Positions 1 through 7,571 are shown, counted from the first letter of the stretch. The stretch is 20,000 nucleotides of DNA from an uncultured virus (IMG/VR IMGVR_UViG_2718218494_000001) (IMGVR_UViG_2718218494_000001), one strand, 5' to 3'. A program made the numbers and translations. Notes: generated by a model from the sequence alone, not told the origin.

Positions 1-262
1 CCACCAGGCGCAGCAGCACGTAATCGGCGCTGACGCGCAGGCGCTTGTTGCGCTCCTCCATCAGCTCAGCGATTCGTTTTTGGATACGCTCATCACGCAT
101 CATAGTGCTGGCTTTGACGTGGGCAGACTTTGGGGAGAACCCGGCATTGATGGCCGCCTGCGTCTGATTTTCAGGGCATTTCACATACTCCTGGGCGTAG
201 GCTTCCTGCATCACCGTCAACGGTTTGTATTGAGTTGATTTGCGCTTCGGATCCTTTGGCAT
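1..262 (-). CDS. terS: Terminase small subunit, N-terminal part (runs off the window)
   Basis: Not in the ORF track. Manual translation from ATG 262 gives MPKDPKRKSTQYKPLTVMQEAYAQEYVKCPENQTQAAINAGFSPKSAHVKASTMMRDERIQKRIAELMEER, with the typical TerS 'NxTQAAIxAGFS' motif. Confidence 0.88.
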   Translation of the reverse strand, partial: MPKDPKRKSTQYKPLTVMQEAYAQEYVKCPENQTQAAINAGFSPKSAHVKASTMMRDERIQKRIAELMEERNKRLRVSADYVLLRLV

Positions 263-282
263 GGTAAACACCCCGAAAATAA

Positions 283-297
283 TTACCTTTTAGGTAA
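283..297. promoter_or_regulatory. Putative phage repressor operator upstream of terS
   Basis: TTACC-TTTTA-GGTAA, the same palindrome as in the cro/repressor intergenic region. Confidence 0.7.
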
Positions 298-308
298 TAG
301 TAACACGC

Positions 309-334
309 AAAACAAAGCCGCCATAGTCGGCGGC
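309..334 (-). terminator. Rho-independent terminator after the SOS-boxed gene
   Basis: Minus strand reads GCCGCC-gactat-GGCGGC followed by TTTGTTTT. Confidence 0.7.
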
Positions 335-339
335 CGCGG

Positions 340-597
340 TCATTCCAGTTTAAATTCATCCTCTAACTCATGAGATCGGGCGGCGACATGGTCGTATAGC
401 ACGACGTACTCAACGCAGCTTGATAGGGGCATTGGCCGCTCAAACTCAAGCCAGAAGCAGTCGGCATAAGCTCGACCAAACCAGTACCCGCCGCCGAACT
501 CCTTACCACGCTGGATCATCATCCATCGGCCATCAGGTACAGCGTCGATAAAATCCCCGCGGTAAACGACAGTATAATTACGGTCTTTGCCACCCAT
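340..597 (-). CDS. Hypothetical phage protein (85 aa) under probable LexA control
   Basis: ORF MGGKDRNYTVVYRG…; AGGGG RBS-like sequence upstream of ATG 597; own promoter and terminator. Confidence 0.75.
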   Translation of the reverse strand: MGGKDRNYTVVYRGDFIDAVPDGRWMMIQRGKEFGGGYWFGRAYADCFWLEFERPMPLSSCVEYVVLYDHVAARSHELEDEFKLE

Positions 598-614
598 GAT
601 CTTCACCCCTAAAA

Positions 615-657
615 TACTGTATATTTAAACAGTATAATCATGCGAGGATTTAGTCAA
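615..657 (-). promoter_or_regulatory. SOS (LexA) box overlapping a sigma70 promoter
   Basis: TACTGTATATTTAAACAGTA at 615-634 (CTGT-N8-ACAG). Minus strand has -35 TTGACT, a 17-bp spacer and -10 TACTGT inside the box. Confidence 0.88.
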
Positions 658-671
658 TCTGTCGTGACATG

Positions 672-1010
672 TCACAGCGGTAGTTTTGTTTCGTGCCAGC
701 CGTACATAACCCAGCATGCGGCTTCCCCTGAGTGCGGGCATGATGCCACTGGCAGTTGATCTCCGCACTTGCCGCAGCGCCGTTTGCTGATGGCGTTAAT
801 CCGGCCGCGCACCCGGGCATCATCCTGGCGGATCAGCAGCGCGATGTACTCGGCCATTTCGTATGGATCGCGACCAGGGCGCCGGGCGGCGCAGTTCCGC
901 GCCAGCATCTCTACTTCCTGCTCGTCGAGCACCAGTTCAATTTTGCGCTCACCGGCGGCGGACTGCCGCGCGCGCTGCGCGGCTTTGCGTTCTGCTGGGG
1001 ATTTAGGCAT
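672..1010 (-). CDS. Hypothetical phage protein with basic N-terminus and Cys-rich C-terminus (possible Zn/DNA-binding regulator)
   Basis: ORF MPKSPAERKAAQRARQ…CGKC…C…C; translationally coupled to the upstream gene. Confidence 0.7.
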   Translation of the reverse strand: MPKSPAERKAAQRARQSAAGERKIELVLDEQEVEMLARNCAARRPGRDPYEMAEYIALLIRQDDARVRGRINAISKRRCGKCGDQLPVASCPHSGEAACWVMYGWHETKLPL

Positions 1011-1249
1011 CAGTCGTCATCCTCATCCCAATCGTCACCTTCCTCATCCTCTTCATCATCGCAGGATGCGAGCAGAGGATTCATCCGCCGCCCTACCTGG
1101 CTGGCGTAGCCGCGGCGACAGAGGTTGTGCAGCACGCTGTAAATTTCGAACATTTCGGTCCGCTCATCACCAATATCAAGCTCACAGGCCAGCGTGTGGC
1201 ATTCAGTAGCGAGTGCCGATATCTTCTCAAGCAGTTCGACCTTATTCAC
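1010..1249 (-). CDS. Hypothetical phage protein with acidic tail
   Basis: 79-aa ORF overlapping both neighbours, AGGAGG RBS, ending DDEEDEEGDDWDEDDD. Confidence 0.65.
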   Translation of the reverse strand: MNKVELLEKISALATECHTLACELDIGDERTEMFEIYSVLHNLCRRGYASQVGRRMNPLLASCDDEEDEEGDDWDEDDD

Positions 1250-1910
1250 CTTTCACCTCCTGAGGGGCGGCTGGCAGCGGCATCCAGTGGGTTACGTTTT
1301 GCAACTTCAATCTGTCGCATGGCTCATAGCCATCAATGGTAAATCCATCATCAGAACTATACATAGCCTCGCCATAAACCTGATCTCCATCGAAAGCGAT
1401 AACTGCCTCAAAATCTATCGGCATCTGCTCGCTTACCGGAATCCATTTACCCGGCACGGTAGCGGGTTCACTGCCGGGTGACTGAGGGGCGGCTGCGAGC
1501 ATGGCGGCGCGGCAGGCGTTCCAGGAATCAGCGGCCGCATTTCGCTGGTCTTCATCCCACTGGAATACAGCGCGGTCACGACGCCTGGCACTGGCAAGAA
1601 TTTCGATACTGTCCGGAGTGGCTTCTTCCGGCACTACCGGCGCTGGCTGCGCGTGGCGATAGAGCGGCTCAACCTCTCCCGCCAGGTCACCTCTACTGGC
1701 GAGATGCCACCGTTTATCTGGCCCACTGCGCCAACGCCACGCCACCGGCTCGCTGTCCATCGCGGCCAGCGCCAGTTCAGCAAGCTGCAGGTCAGCCAAT
1801 ATTTCTTCGCGTGCGCTTTCGAATGCTTTCTGTCGTGATGCCATTTTCAGCGCTTTGACGTTTTCACGAGCGCGTTCGTGAAGCTGCGCTCTGGTTAATT
1901 TGCTGGTCAT
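1242..1910 (-). CDS. Eaa-like modular protein with C-terminal DUF551-type domain
   Basis: Motifs ALAAMDSEPVAW, WNACRAAML and WIPVSEQMP…VTHWMPLPAAPQ. Confidence 0.8.
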   Translation of the reverse strand: MTSKLTRAQLHERARENVKALKMASRQKAFESAREEILADLQLAELALAAMDSEPVAWRWRSGPDKRWHLASRGDLAGEVEPLYRHAQPAPVVPEEATPDSIEILASARRRDRAVFQWDEDQRNAAADSWNACRAAMLAAAPQSPGSEPATVPGKWIPVSEQMPIDFEAVIAFDGDQVYGEAMYSSDDGFTIDGYEPCDRLKLQNVTHWMPLPAAPQEVKGE

Positions 1911-2119
1911 TGGTTGGCTCCCCGTGAAATTTTGTGGCCCGGCGCATAGCAGCGCTGGCGGTCTTTGCTGATGCGCCAGCCAGCTTTGCGCGCCTGCTGA
2001 GAAATATCGGTCATATTCCGGCCAATAAAATCAGCCTGCCCCTGCGGATAGATTTTCCCTGACTGACAACCATCACAGTCGCAGTAGAGGTCCGCGCAAA
2101 ATCCTTCAGTGATAGCCAT
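1907..2119 (-). CDS. Small Cys-rich hypothetical phage protein
   Basis: 70-aa ORF with CxCxxC; ATGA overlap with the next gene. Confidence 0.65.
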   Translation of the reverse strand: MAITEGFCADLYCDCDGCQSGKIYPQGQADFIGRNMTDISQQARKAGWRISKDRQRCYAPGHKISRGANQ

Positions 2120-2290
2120 CTACTCATCCTCCCCGGTAATTTCGTGGTAGCCGTAATTGCATTGATTCAGGAAAATATCCTTAGCTTCTGCCGCAATCTC
2201 TTCATCGGTTGCATCATCTTCAACTTCGAATATTTCCTCGAAATTTCCGCCAACAATCCCGGTCTCAATGGTCACTTTGAATTTACGCAT
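2120..2290 (-). CDS. Small acidic hypothetical protein (56 aa)
   Basis: Manual translation MRKFKVTIETGIVGGNFEEIFEVEDDATDEEIAAEAKDIFLNQCNYGYHEITGEDE*; fills the gap between the flanking genes exactly. Confidence 0.7.
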   Translation of the reverse strand: MRKFKVTIETGIVGGNFEEIFEVEDDATDEEIAAEAKDIFLNQCNYGYHEITGEDE

Positions 2291-3033
2291 CACTCAGCCT
2301 CCACCTTGATGCCAGCGGCAGACGAGAGTAACTCAAGCGCCAATCGCACTTGATGCTCAACTTCATCAGCTAATGGTGATTTGTAAGTATTCCTATAGTC
2401 CGGCAACTTCACAGTGACGGTGCGGGGTTCCAGGCATTCAGCAGGCTTAGTGCTCCAGCCGTGCCACCACATGAAGGCGCAGTAAGCGGCAACGTCGCGC
2501 GGATCACCTTTGGCGATATGCTGGTGAAAGTGCGTCTGGCATTGACTTGGCCACCCATCCTGTTTCCAGTCCGCGTCGTAGCCGTATTTTAATTGGGCCT
2601 TGTACAGCTTCTCTGCTAGGGCAGTGCAGAAGTCGGTCACCAACTTCTGCGTATCCGGGTGAAGCTCGGATGGAATTACCGGTGCAGGCTTCACGGTGCG
2701 GGACTCCAGCTCGGCGATGCGAAACATCACGCGCCGTGATTTTTCTCTCTCCCGCTCAAGCTCTGCGTCCAGCTCGGCGATGCGCTTCTCTGCCGCTTCC
2801 GCCCTGGCCTCCTGCTCATGCGCTTCGCTCCATCCGCGATTGCAGTGAGCCTCCGTGGCTTGCGACTTCTCCAGCGCCTCTACCAATGCGAGAATGTTTT
2901 CCGGCGTCATTAACTCTTTGAATGTTTGCCTGGCAATGGTCGCCTTCACATATCGAGCTATATGGGCAGTCTCCTTGACGTCAGTTGCCGCCGCTTTCAG
3001 GCTCTGCGCCAGTTTGGTGATATCAGTTGTCAT
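2290..3033 (-). CDS. Ead/Ea22-like family protein with an internal extra domain
   Basis: MTTDITKLAQSLKAAA…TPENILALVEALEK, a coiled-coil AEAAEKRIAEL and an RTVTVKLP motif. ATG 3033 overlaps the upstream stop. Confidence 0.78.
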   Translation of the reverse strand: MTTDITKLAQSLKAAATDVKETAHIARYVKATIARQTFKELMTPENILALVEALEKSQATEAHCNRGWSEAHEQEARAEAAEKRIAELDAELEREREKSRRVMFRIAELESRTVKPAPVIPSELHPDTQKLVTDFCTALAEKLYKAQLKYGYDADWKQDGWPSQCQTHFHQHIAKGDPRDVAAYCAFMWWHGWSTKPAECLEPRTVTVKLPDYRNTYKSPLADEVEHQVRLALELLSSAAGIKVEAE

Positions 3034-3455
3034 GCGGCACGCTCCCATTTCACGCCATTTTTCACCAACTGGCGGCAGTGCCGAATAATTTCAGCTCGCC
3101 CAACTTTGTTACCCAGCCTCCATGGGGAATAAAACTTCTCTTTATCAACCTCTTCCCCGGTTGAGTTTTCGGCGTCATACGCATACCCAATGCCATCCCA
3201 ATCAGTGGTTTCATCGATTAGCCGGTTGTGGAGAATGTCAAACGCCTCTTGGCTATCTGCCTCCCCCCAATAGTCAACGGTGACGACTTCCCACGTCTGG
3301 TACCACATGCAGTTTGAATAAATCATCCCTTCGCCGCGTGACCACACTTCCCGTCGGTATTGGCGTGGCATAAGAGCAATCAAAATCTTCATGGCGGCGG
3401 TGTTAATTTTTTTCTCAATGCGCGGTTTTTCGTTGGTATAGCGTCGCTTGTTCAT
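3030..3455 (-). CDS. Hypothetical phage protein (141 aa)
   Basis: ORF coupled at both ends; no recognised domain. Confidence 0.7.
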   Translation of the reverse strand: MNKRRYTNEKPRIEKKINTAAMKILIALMPRQYRREVWSRGEGMIYSNCMWYQTWEVVTVDYWGEADSQEAFDILHNRLIDETTDWDGIGYAYDAENSTGEEVDKEKFYSPWRLGNKVGRAEIIRHCRQLVKNGVKWERAA

Positions 3456-3643
3456 TTGGCCCCCTCGCGCAGCTGCTTGGCAATATAATCCGCAAGTTCG
3501 CCTTTTTTATTTAGGTTTTGCATCTCAATCAGGTCGGACATTGCAAGTCCATTGGTCGGCGAGATAACAACAAAGTTACCGTTAACTTCAAACTGGCGAC
3601 CTTGCTTCTCCATGCGTTTCACAAAATCAGCGACCTTTGACAT
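3452..3643 (-). CDS. Hypothetical phage protein (63 aa)
   Basis: ORF with GGAGGT RBS, coupled to its neighbours. Confidence 0.65.
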   Translation of the reverse strand: MSKVADFVKRMEKQGRQFEVNGNFVVISPTNGLAMSDLIEMQNLNKKGELADYIAKQLREGAK

Positions 3644-4037
3644 TTAACACCTCCAAAACGAAAGACTTCGCCCACTCGGCCTCTAGATGACATTCCATTG
3701 ACACAAGATGCGCGGCAAACTCCTCCACCCCATCAGCCTTAATCCCGGCTACGATGCGATCGGTGGCGGGGGTTTGTACTGCCGTGACATTAGACCGGTG
3801 GTCATTCCATCCGCGCGCATATATCGGATTTATGGACATGCCGTCCTTCACGCAGTACCGCTGGCCACCACCATTGATAACTTCAATCTCTTCCGCAACG
3901 GCTGCCTTCAGCGCCATATTCTCCGCAGCAAGCTGCTGGTACGATTTCGCCAGCTTCAGGAACTTCTGCTCTCTGATCGACAGCTCGCCCGCAGACTCCA
4001 GCGACCGAATGAGCTCGTTTACTGTTTCGATGTTCAT
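3627..4037 (-). CDS. Hypothetical phage accessory protein (136 aa)
   Basis: Likely start is ATG 4037 (MNIETVNELIRSLESAGELS…), in ATGA overlap with the small upstream ORF; TPATD…IKADGVE motif common in enteric phages. Confidence 0.72.
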   Translation of the reverse strand: MNIETVNELIRSLESAGELSIREQKFLKLAKSYQQLAAENMALKAAVAEEIEVINGGGQRYCVKDGMSINPIYARGWNDHRSNVTAVQTPATDRIVAGIKADGVEEFAAHLVSMECHLEAEWAKSFVLEVLNVKGR

Positions 4038-4168
4038 GCTGTCACCCACTCGATCGCCAGATAAGCCACATACAGGACGGCGACGATTGCCACCCAACCA
4101 ATGATGTTTGCCACCATCACGAACAGCAGCAGTGACCGCCGACTGTAATTCACGAAATCAAAATCCAT
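4034..4168 (-). CDS. Small membrane protein (44 aa)
   Basis: Manual translation MDFDFVNYSRRSLLLFVMVANIIGWVAIVAVLYVAYLAIEWVTA*; G-rich RBS; stop overlaps the next start. Confidence 0.6.
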   Translation of the reverse strand: MDFDFVNYSRRSLLLFVMVANIIGWVAIVAVLYVAYLAIEWVTA

Positions 4169-4229
4169 ACTTACCCCCGCTTACCCGTTTAACTTATTGA
4201 TTCAATTGATATCAATGAAGATCGTTGTT

Positions 4230-4577
4230 TTAGAACTCTTCGACCTTCCACCCGCCGCCGGCTTTTGCCGGGAGCTTCGTTACTCCGATGATCCGGAATG
4301 GGTACTGGTCGGCGGCGACTTTGGTTTTCACCCTGGCATCGTCGGTCCAGTAACCCCCCTTCACTTCGTGCATTTCCAGTTGGCCGTTTGCCAGCATCAC
4401 GGCGAAGTCAGGCGTGTAGAACGTGTTGTCAGCCAGACGCAGCTTGATGCCTTCGAACCGGTACCAGGCTATCTCCCCGTAGCGCTTACGCAGTTCAAGC
4501 TCTTGCGCATACGCCGTTTCGGTTTTGTTCATCTGGCCCGCTTTAAGCCGGCCTAGTGCCTGTACTGTCTTTCGCAT
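4230..4577 (-). CDS. DUF1064-like PD-(D/E)xK endonuclease
   Basis: YTPDF…HEVKG catalytic motif; position downstream of the replication genes. Confidence 0.72.
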   Translation of the reverse strand: MRKTVQALGRLKAGQMNKTETAYAQELELRKRYGEIAWYRFEGIKLRLADNTFYTPDFAVMLANGQLEMHEVKGGYWTDDARVKTKVAADQYPFRIIGVTKLPAKAGGGWKVEEF

Positions 4578-4582
4578 GATTT

Positions 4583-4659
4583 TTACCTTATTGGTAATTT
4601 ATAACCATAAACGGATCAATATCAATAGTCTTGCGCATATTTTATTACCCTTTTGGTAA
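4583..4659. promoter_or_regulatory. Two putative repressor operators flanking a leftward promoter
   Basis: TTACC-TTATT-GGTAA (4583-4597) and TTACC-CTTTT-GGTAA (4645-4659), with minus-strand TTGATA…TATAAA between them. Confidence 0.68.
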
Positions 4660-4696
4660 ACATTAAGGCGTAAAAAAACGCGCTTCCGCGCCGGTA

Positions 4697-5482
4697 TTAC
4701 TTGATGAGTCCTGCTGCCTTCCCTCGCCGGTATTCCTCCATCAGCCACTGTGCCGGGGTTATACCTCCGAGTGTCGCCGCGTTAGGCATGCATCCGAAGC
4801 TTCGACCTGGTGGATGGTAGGTATTGCCACCGGGGTCTGGAGGGGTGCTTATAGGCTCTGGCTTCGACTGGATGCTCAGAATCGGATCAGGTATCTGATG
4901 ACCTGCCGCGACCTTTGATGCCCATTCGTCAAGAAGCTTACGCGCATGTTTCTCAACTTCAATCTCACTTAACTGACGCTGGTACATCGCGCGCCTGGTA
5001 TCGCACACAATCCAGTACATGACAGGGTGGCGCCACGGGAATTGTTCTGGTCCGCCAGGCTGTAGGCTTTTCTCCTTGGCGTAGCGGTGAAACTCCCCCA
5101 TCACATCTTCGATGCTCACGCCAAGCACCATCTTGCTGTCTTTGCACCACTTGATGAATTGACCTGGTGACGGCCAGAACGGTGATTCACAGGCACGGGC
5201 ATGGCGCATTCCTGCTGATACCTGCTCGCGGGTACGGATACCACCTTCGGCGAAAGCGGCGATCCACTGGCGCTTAGCGTCGGTCTCCTGCTGTGCGGTC
5301 TTAAGGTTGGTCTGCTCTGCTGCCGGAAACAGTTGCTTGAGCTGTTTAAACAGGGCATCGACAAGTCTCTCTGCGCTGATGTTCACAACATTGTCTTGCT
5401 GAGCCTGGTGATTGTCCGGACCCATCATGCGAGCCAGGGCGCCGGCATCACGATTCTGAATTGCTGCGAATACGTTACTCAT
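4697..5482 (-). CDS. Lambda P-like replication protein (helicase loader)
   Basis: LFKQLKQLFPA…KRQWIAAFAEGGI…GMRHAR…PFWPSPGQFIKWC, characteristic of the lambda P family. Confidence 0.85.
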   Translation of the reverse strand: MSNVFAAIQNRDAGALARMMGPDNHQAQQDNVVNISAERLVDALFKQLKQLFPAAEQTNLKTAQQETDAKRQWIAAFAEGGIRTREQVSAGMRHARACESPFWPSPGQFIKWCKDSKMVLGVSIEDVMGEFHRYAKEKSLQPGGPEQFPWRHPVMYWIVCDTRRAMYQRQLSEIEVEKHARKLLDEWASKVAAGHQIPDPILSIQSKPEPISTPPDPGGNTYHPPGRSFGCMPNAATLGGITPAQWLMEEYRRGKAAGLIK

Positions 5483-6246
5483 AAGAAATCCTTCCAGCCT
5501 TCAGGGCTGTTCCAGTGTGGTACTTCATCGTCAGAGCTTTCACCGCGCTTTCCTGCCGCTCTTTTTTTCCTGTTCATCAGCAGCCGGGCAAACTTCTGCT
5601 CCCACTGCACGTGTTGCATCACATTGCCTTCTGCCATCCAGTAGGTGATGAATTCGATCAGATCTGATTTCTTGTAACCGTCAGCTGGTAGCGCATGGCC
5701 CCATGTTCTGGCGCGCATGACAAAGTCCTCTGACGGCTTCCAGTTTTCATGCATGGTGAATTTGCCAATTGGCTCTCCGATACCATCAACGACAACCGGA
5801 GGGACTTGAATTACTTCGCGCGCAGAGAGAGGGGTTTTTATTTCCCTGATCCCTGATCCCTGATCCATTCCTAATGGTACTTGTACCGTATCAGTACCGT
5901 ACTCATACGGTACTAGGGGTAAACCTTTGATTTTGCTTTCTTTTGGCTTATTCACTACCTGATGTTTAAGGAAATTAGTTATGACCCCAAAATGCTTGCC
6001 ATCAGGGGTGGAAAACATGGATAAATAACCACAGTTGGAAAGCTCCCGTATTAGTACCGGAATAGGAACGGATGGTTCTCGGATAGGGAAAACTGCAGCT
6101 TTGATAAGCTTCGGGTTTGCATTGAAATAGCCTTCATCATCTGCGTAATTAAGCAGACCAATAGCCAACAAGCAGGCTGGTTCTGATACCTCTGCCATGT
6201 CTTCATCGGCCCAGAACTCGGGCTTAATGGTGCGAATGCGGGCCAT
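5479..6246 (-). CDS. Phage replication initiator (O-like) with C-terminal DnaT-like DNA-binding domain
   Basis: MARIRTIKPEFW N-terminus; C-terminal FTMHENWKP…EFITYW…QWEQKFA; directly upstream of the P-like gene. Confidence 0.8.
   Translation of the reverse strand: MARIRTIKPEFWADEDMAEVSEPACLLAIGLLNYADDEGYFNANPKLIKAAVFPIREPSVPIPVLIRELSNCGYLSMFSTPDGKHFGVITNFLKHQVVNKPKESKIKGLPLVPYEYGTDTVQVPLGMDQGSGIREIKTPLSAREVIQVPPVVVDGIGEPIGKFTMHENWKPSEDFVMRARTWGHALPADGYKKSDLIEFITYWMAEGNVMQHVQWEQKFARLLMNRKKRAAGKRGESSDDEVPHWNSPEGWKDFL
5844..5913. repeat. Candidate phage origin repeats inside the initiator gene
   Basis: CCCTGAT x3 (5844-5864); GTACCGTA at 5883 and 5894 plus an inverted copy at 5906. Confidence 0.5.
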
Positions 6247-6455
6247 CAGATCACCTCCACGGCATTACCTTTTGAGGCCTCATGCATTAGCCGTTTTATC
6301 TCAGCATGGCGGCGGCGGTTAGTCTCGAGGGTGCATTCGACACAATGCCCGTTGTATACCCATCGCTCACTGTCATGGCCGTGCTTACATTGCTTACCGG
6401 TGTAGTAGCGCTTTAGTCCTGCCTTTGCCGCTTCGACGCGAGTAATGATCTCCAT
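6246..6455 (-). CDS. Small Cys/His (Zn-binding-like) phage protein (69 aa)
   Basis: MEIITRVEAAKAGLKRYYTGKQCKHGH…CVEC; AGGA RBS before ATG 6455. Confidence 0.7.
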   Translation of the reverse strand: MEIITRVEAAKAGLKRYYTGKQCKHGHDSERWVYNGHCVECTLETNRRRHAEIKRLMHEASKGNAVEVI

Positions 6456-6602
6456 AGTTCCTGTCTCACTCTGGTTGTGGTTACGGTAATTTTGCAGCAA
6501 GCCAAAAAAAAGATCAACCGTATTTGGATAATTATTACCGAATTGGTGTACAGGGAGAGGCAGGAGCCGCCTGGGGGTGGCGGCGAGGGTGAGTTTTGAG
6601 GA

Positions 6603-6836
6603 TTAACGTTCGTGGAACCAGAGGACCAGGTCGGATTTTGCGGAGATCCACTTACGGGATTTGCAGGCTTTAAACAGTCTTTCTAACAGAGGCTTACGTG
6701 GAATTCTTCTACGGCCAGTCAGGTGAACCTGAATGTAGTGGCTGGTCGTGCCGGCGTCACTTGCGAACTCTTCACGCTCTGCCGGAGAGAGGTCGAGCCA
6801 GCAGCGTTTGAAGTCAAATTTTTGCACATCGCTCAT
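6603..6836 (-). CDS. Cro-like transcriptional regulator (77 aa)
   Basis: HTH-like EREEFASDAGTTSHYIQVHL; divergent from the repressor. Confidence 0.72.
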   Translation of the reverse strand: MSDVQKFDFKRCWLDLSPAEREEFASDAGTTSHYIQVHLTGRRRIPRKPLLERLFKACKSRKWISAKSDLVLWFHER

Positions 6837-6874
6837 ATTTTTTAGTCCCGGACTAACTTTAGACAGCCTGATTA

Positions 6875-6965
6875 TTACCAATCTGGTGTAAAAATCAATG
6901 ACTGTTACCTTTTTGGTAAGTTTACCTTTATGGTAATATTCTATTAAATTTAATCAGTTAGGTAA
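6875..6965. promoter_or_regulatory. Immunity operator cluster between cro and the repressor
   Basis: Perfect TTACC-N5-GGTAA at 6905-6919 and 6922-6936; imperfect copies at 6875-6889 and 6951-6965. Confidence 0.78.
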
Positions 6966-6989
6966 CAATTCCAGGCTAAAAAAATAGAA

Positions 6990-7571
6990 ATGAAAAGCAT
7001 CTACGACATAAGACGCGACAACCTCAATGAGATAATCCGGAAGGATTTCGATAACACGCAACTCCGGTTTGCCGAGAGAATCAAAAAATCAGCTAACCTC
7101 GTTAACAGGTGGAGCAAGGGGACAAAAAATATCGGCGCTAACGCGGCACGCGAGATCGAGTCGTTCGCCGGAAAAGGTCGTTTCTGGCTGGATATCGACC
7201 ATCTGTCAGATACCCCGACGCTGCCGGAGATTATCGACCCGCAGGAATGGAGTGTGGAAAAGCAGGCAGCGTTTACCCTGGGTGTATGGATGGGACAGCA
7301 TCCGGATCTGAACTCAGAGAAAAAGGTTTCGGAAGCGGCCGGTATCGGCCAGGCGACCGTAAATCGCATCCTGAACTGCGAAGGCTCCACCAGCATTGGC
7401 GTACTGTCGGCTATCGCCAGGGCGTTCGGCCGCGATGCATATGAGCTGATCCTGCCGCCTGGTAATGCTGGTCTGATTGACTATGACCACCATGAATACG
7501 CCGGGCTGCCGCAGGAAGAGAAAAACAAGATCACCGCCTTCATCAAGTTCATCGTCAGCCAGAACCAATAG
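6990..7571 (+). CDS. Phage repressor with two HTH-like segments and no obvious S24 peptidase domain
   Basis: N-terminal TQLRFAERIKKSANLVNRW and a second EKKVSEAAGIGQATVNRILN; divergent from cro. Confidence 0.82.
   Translation: MKSIYDIRRDNLNEIIRKDFDNTQLRFAERIKKSANLVNRWSKGTKNIGANAAREIESFAGKGRFWLDIDHLSDTPTLPEIIDPQEWSVEKQAAFTLGVWMGQHPDLNSEKKVSEAAGIGQATVNRILNCEGSTSIGVLSAIARAFGRDAYELILPPGNAGLIDYDHHEYAGLPQEEKNKITAFIKFIVSQNQ

Noticed and set aside
171..359. 62-aa minus-strand ORF
   Set aside because: It overlaps terS in another frame and spans a terminator and an operator.
569..638. Direct repeat ACAGTATAAT as a second SOS box or antisense promoter
   Set aside because: The copy at 569 lacks the CTGT half-site, and neither TATAAT has a plausible -35.
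756..1858. Plus-strand ORFs opposite the accessory genes, and similar shadows over recT, int, sopAB, rep and resD
   Set aside because: They are antisense or alternate-frame shadows of well-supported genes.
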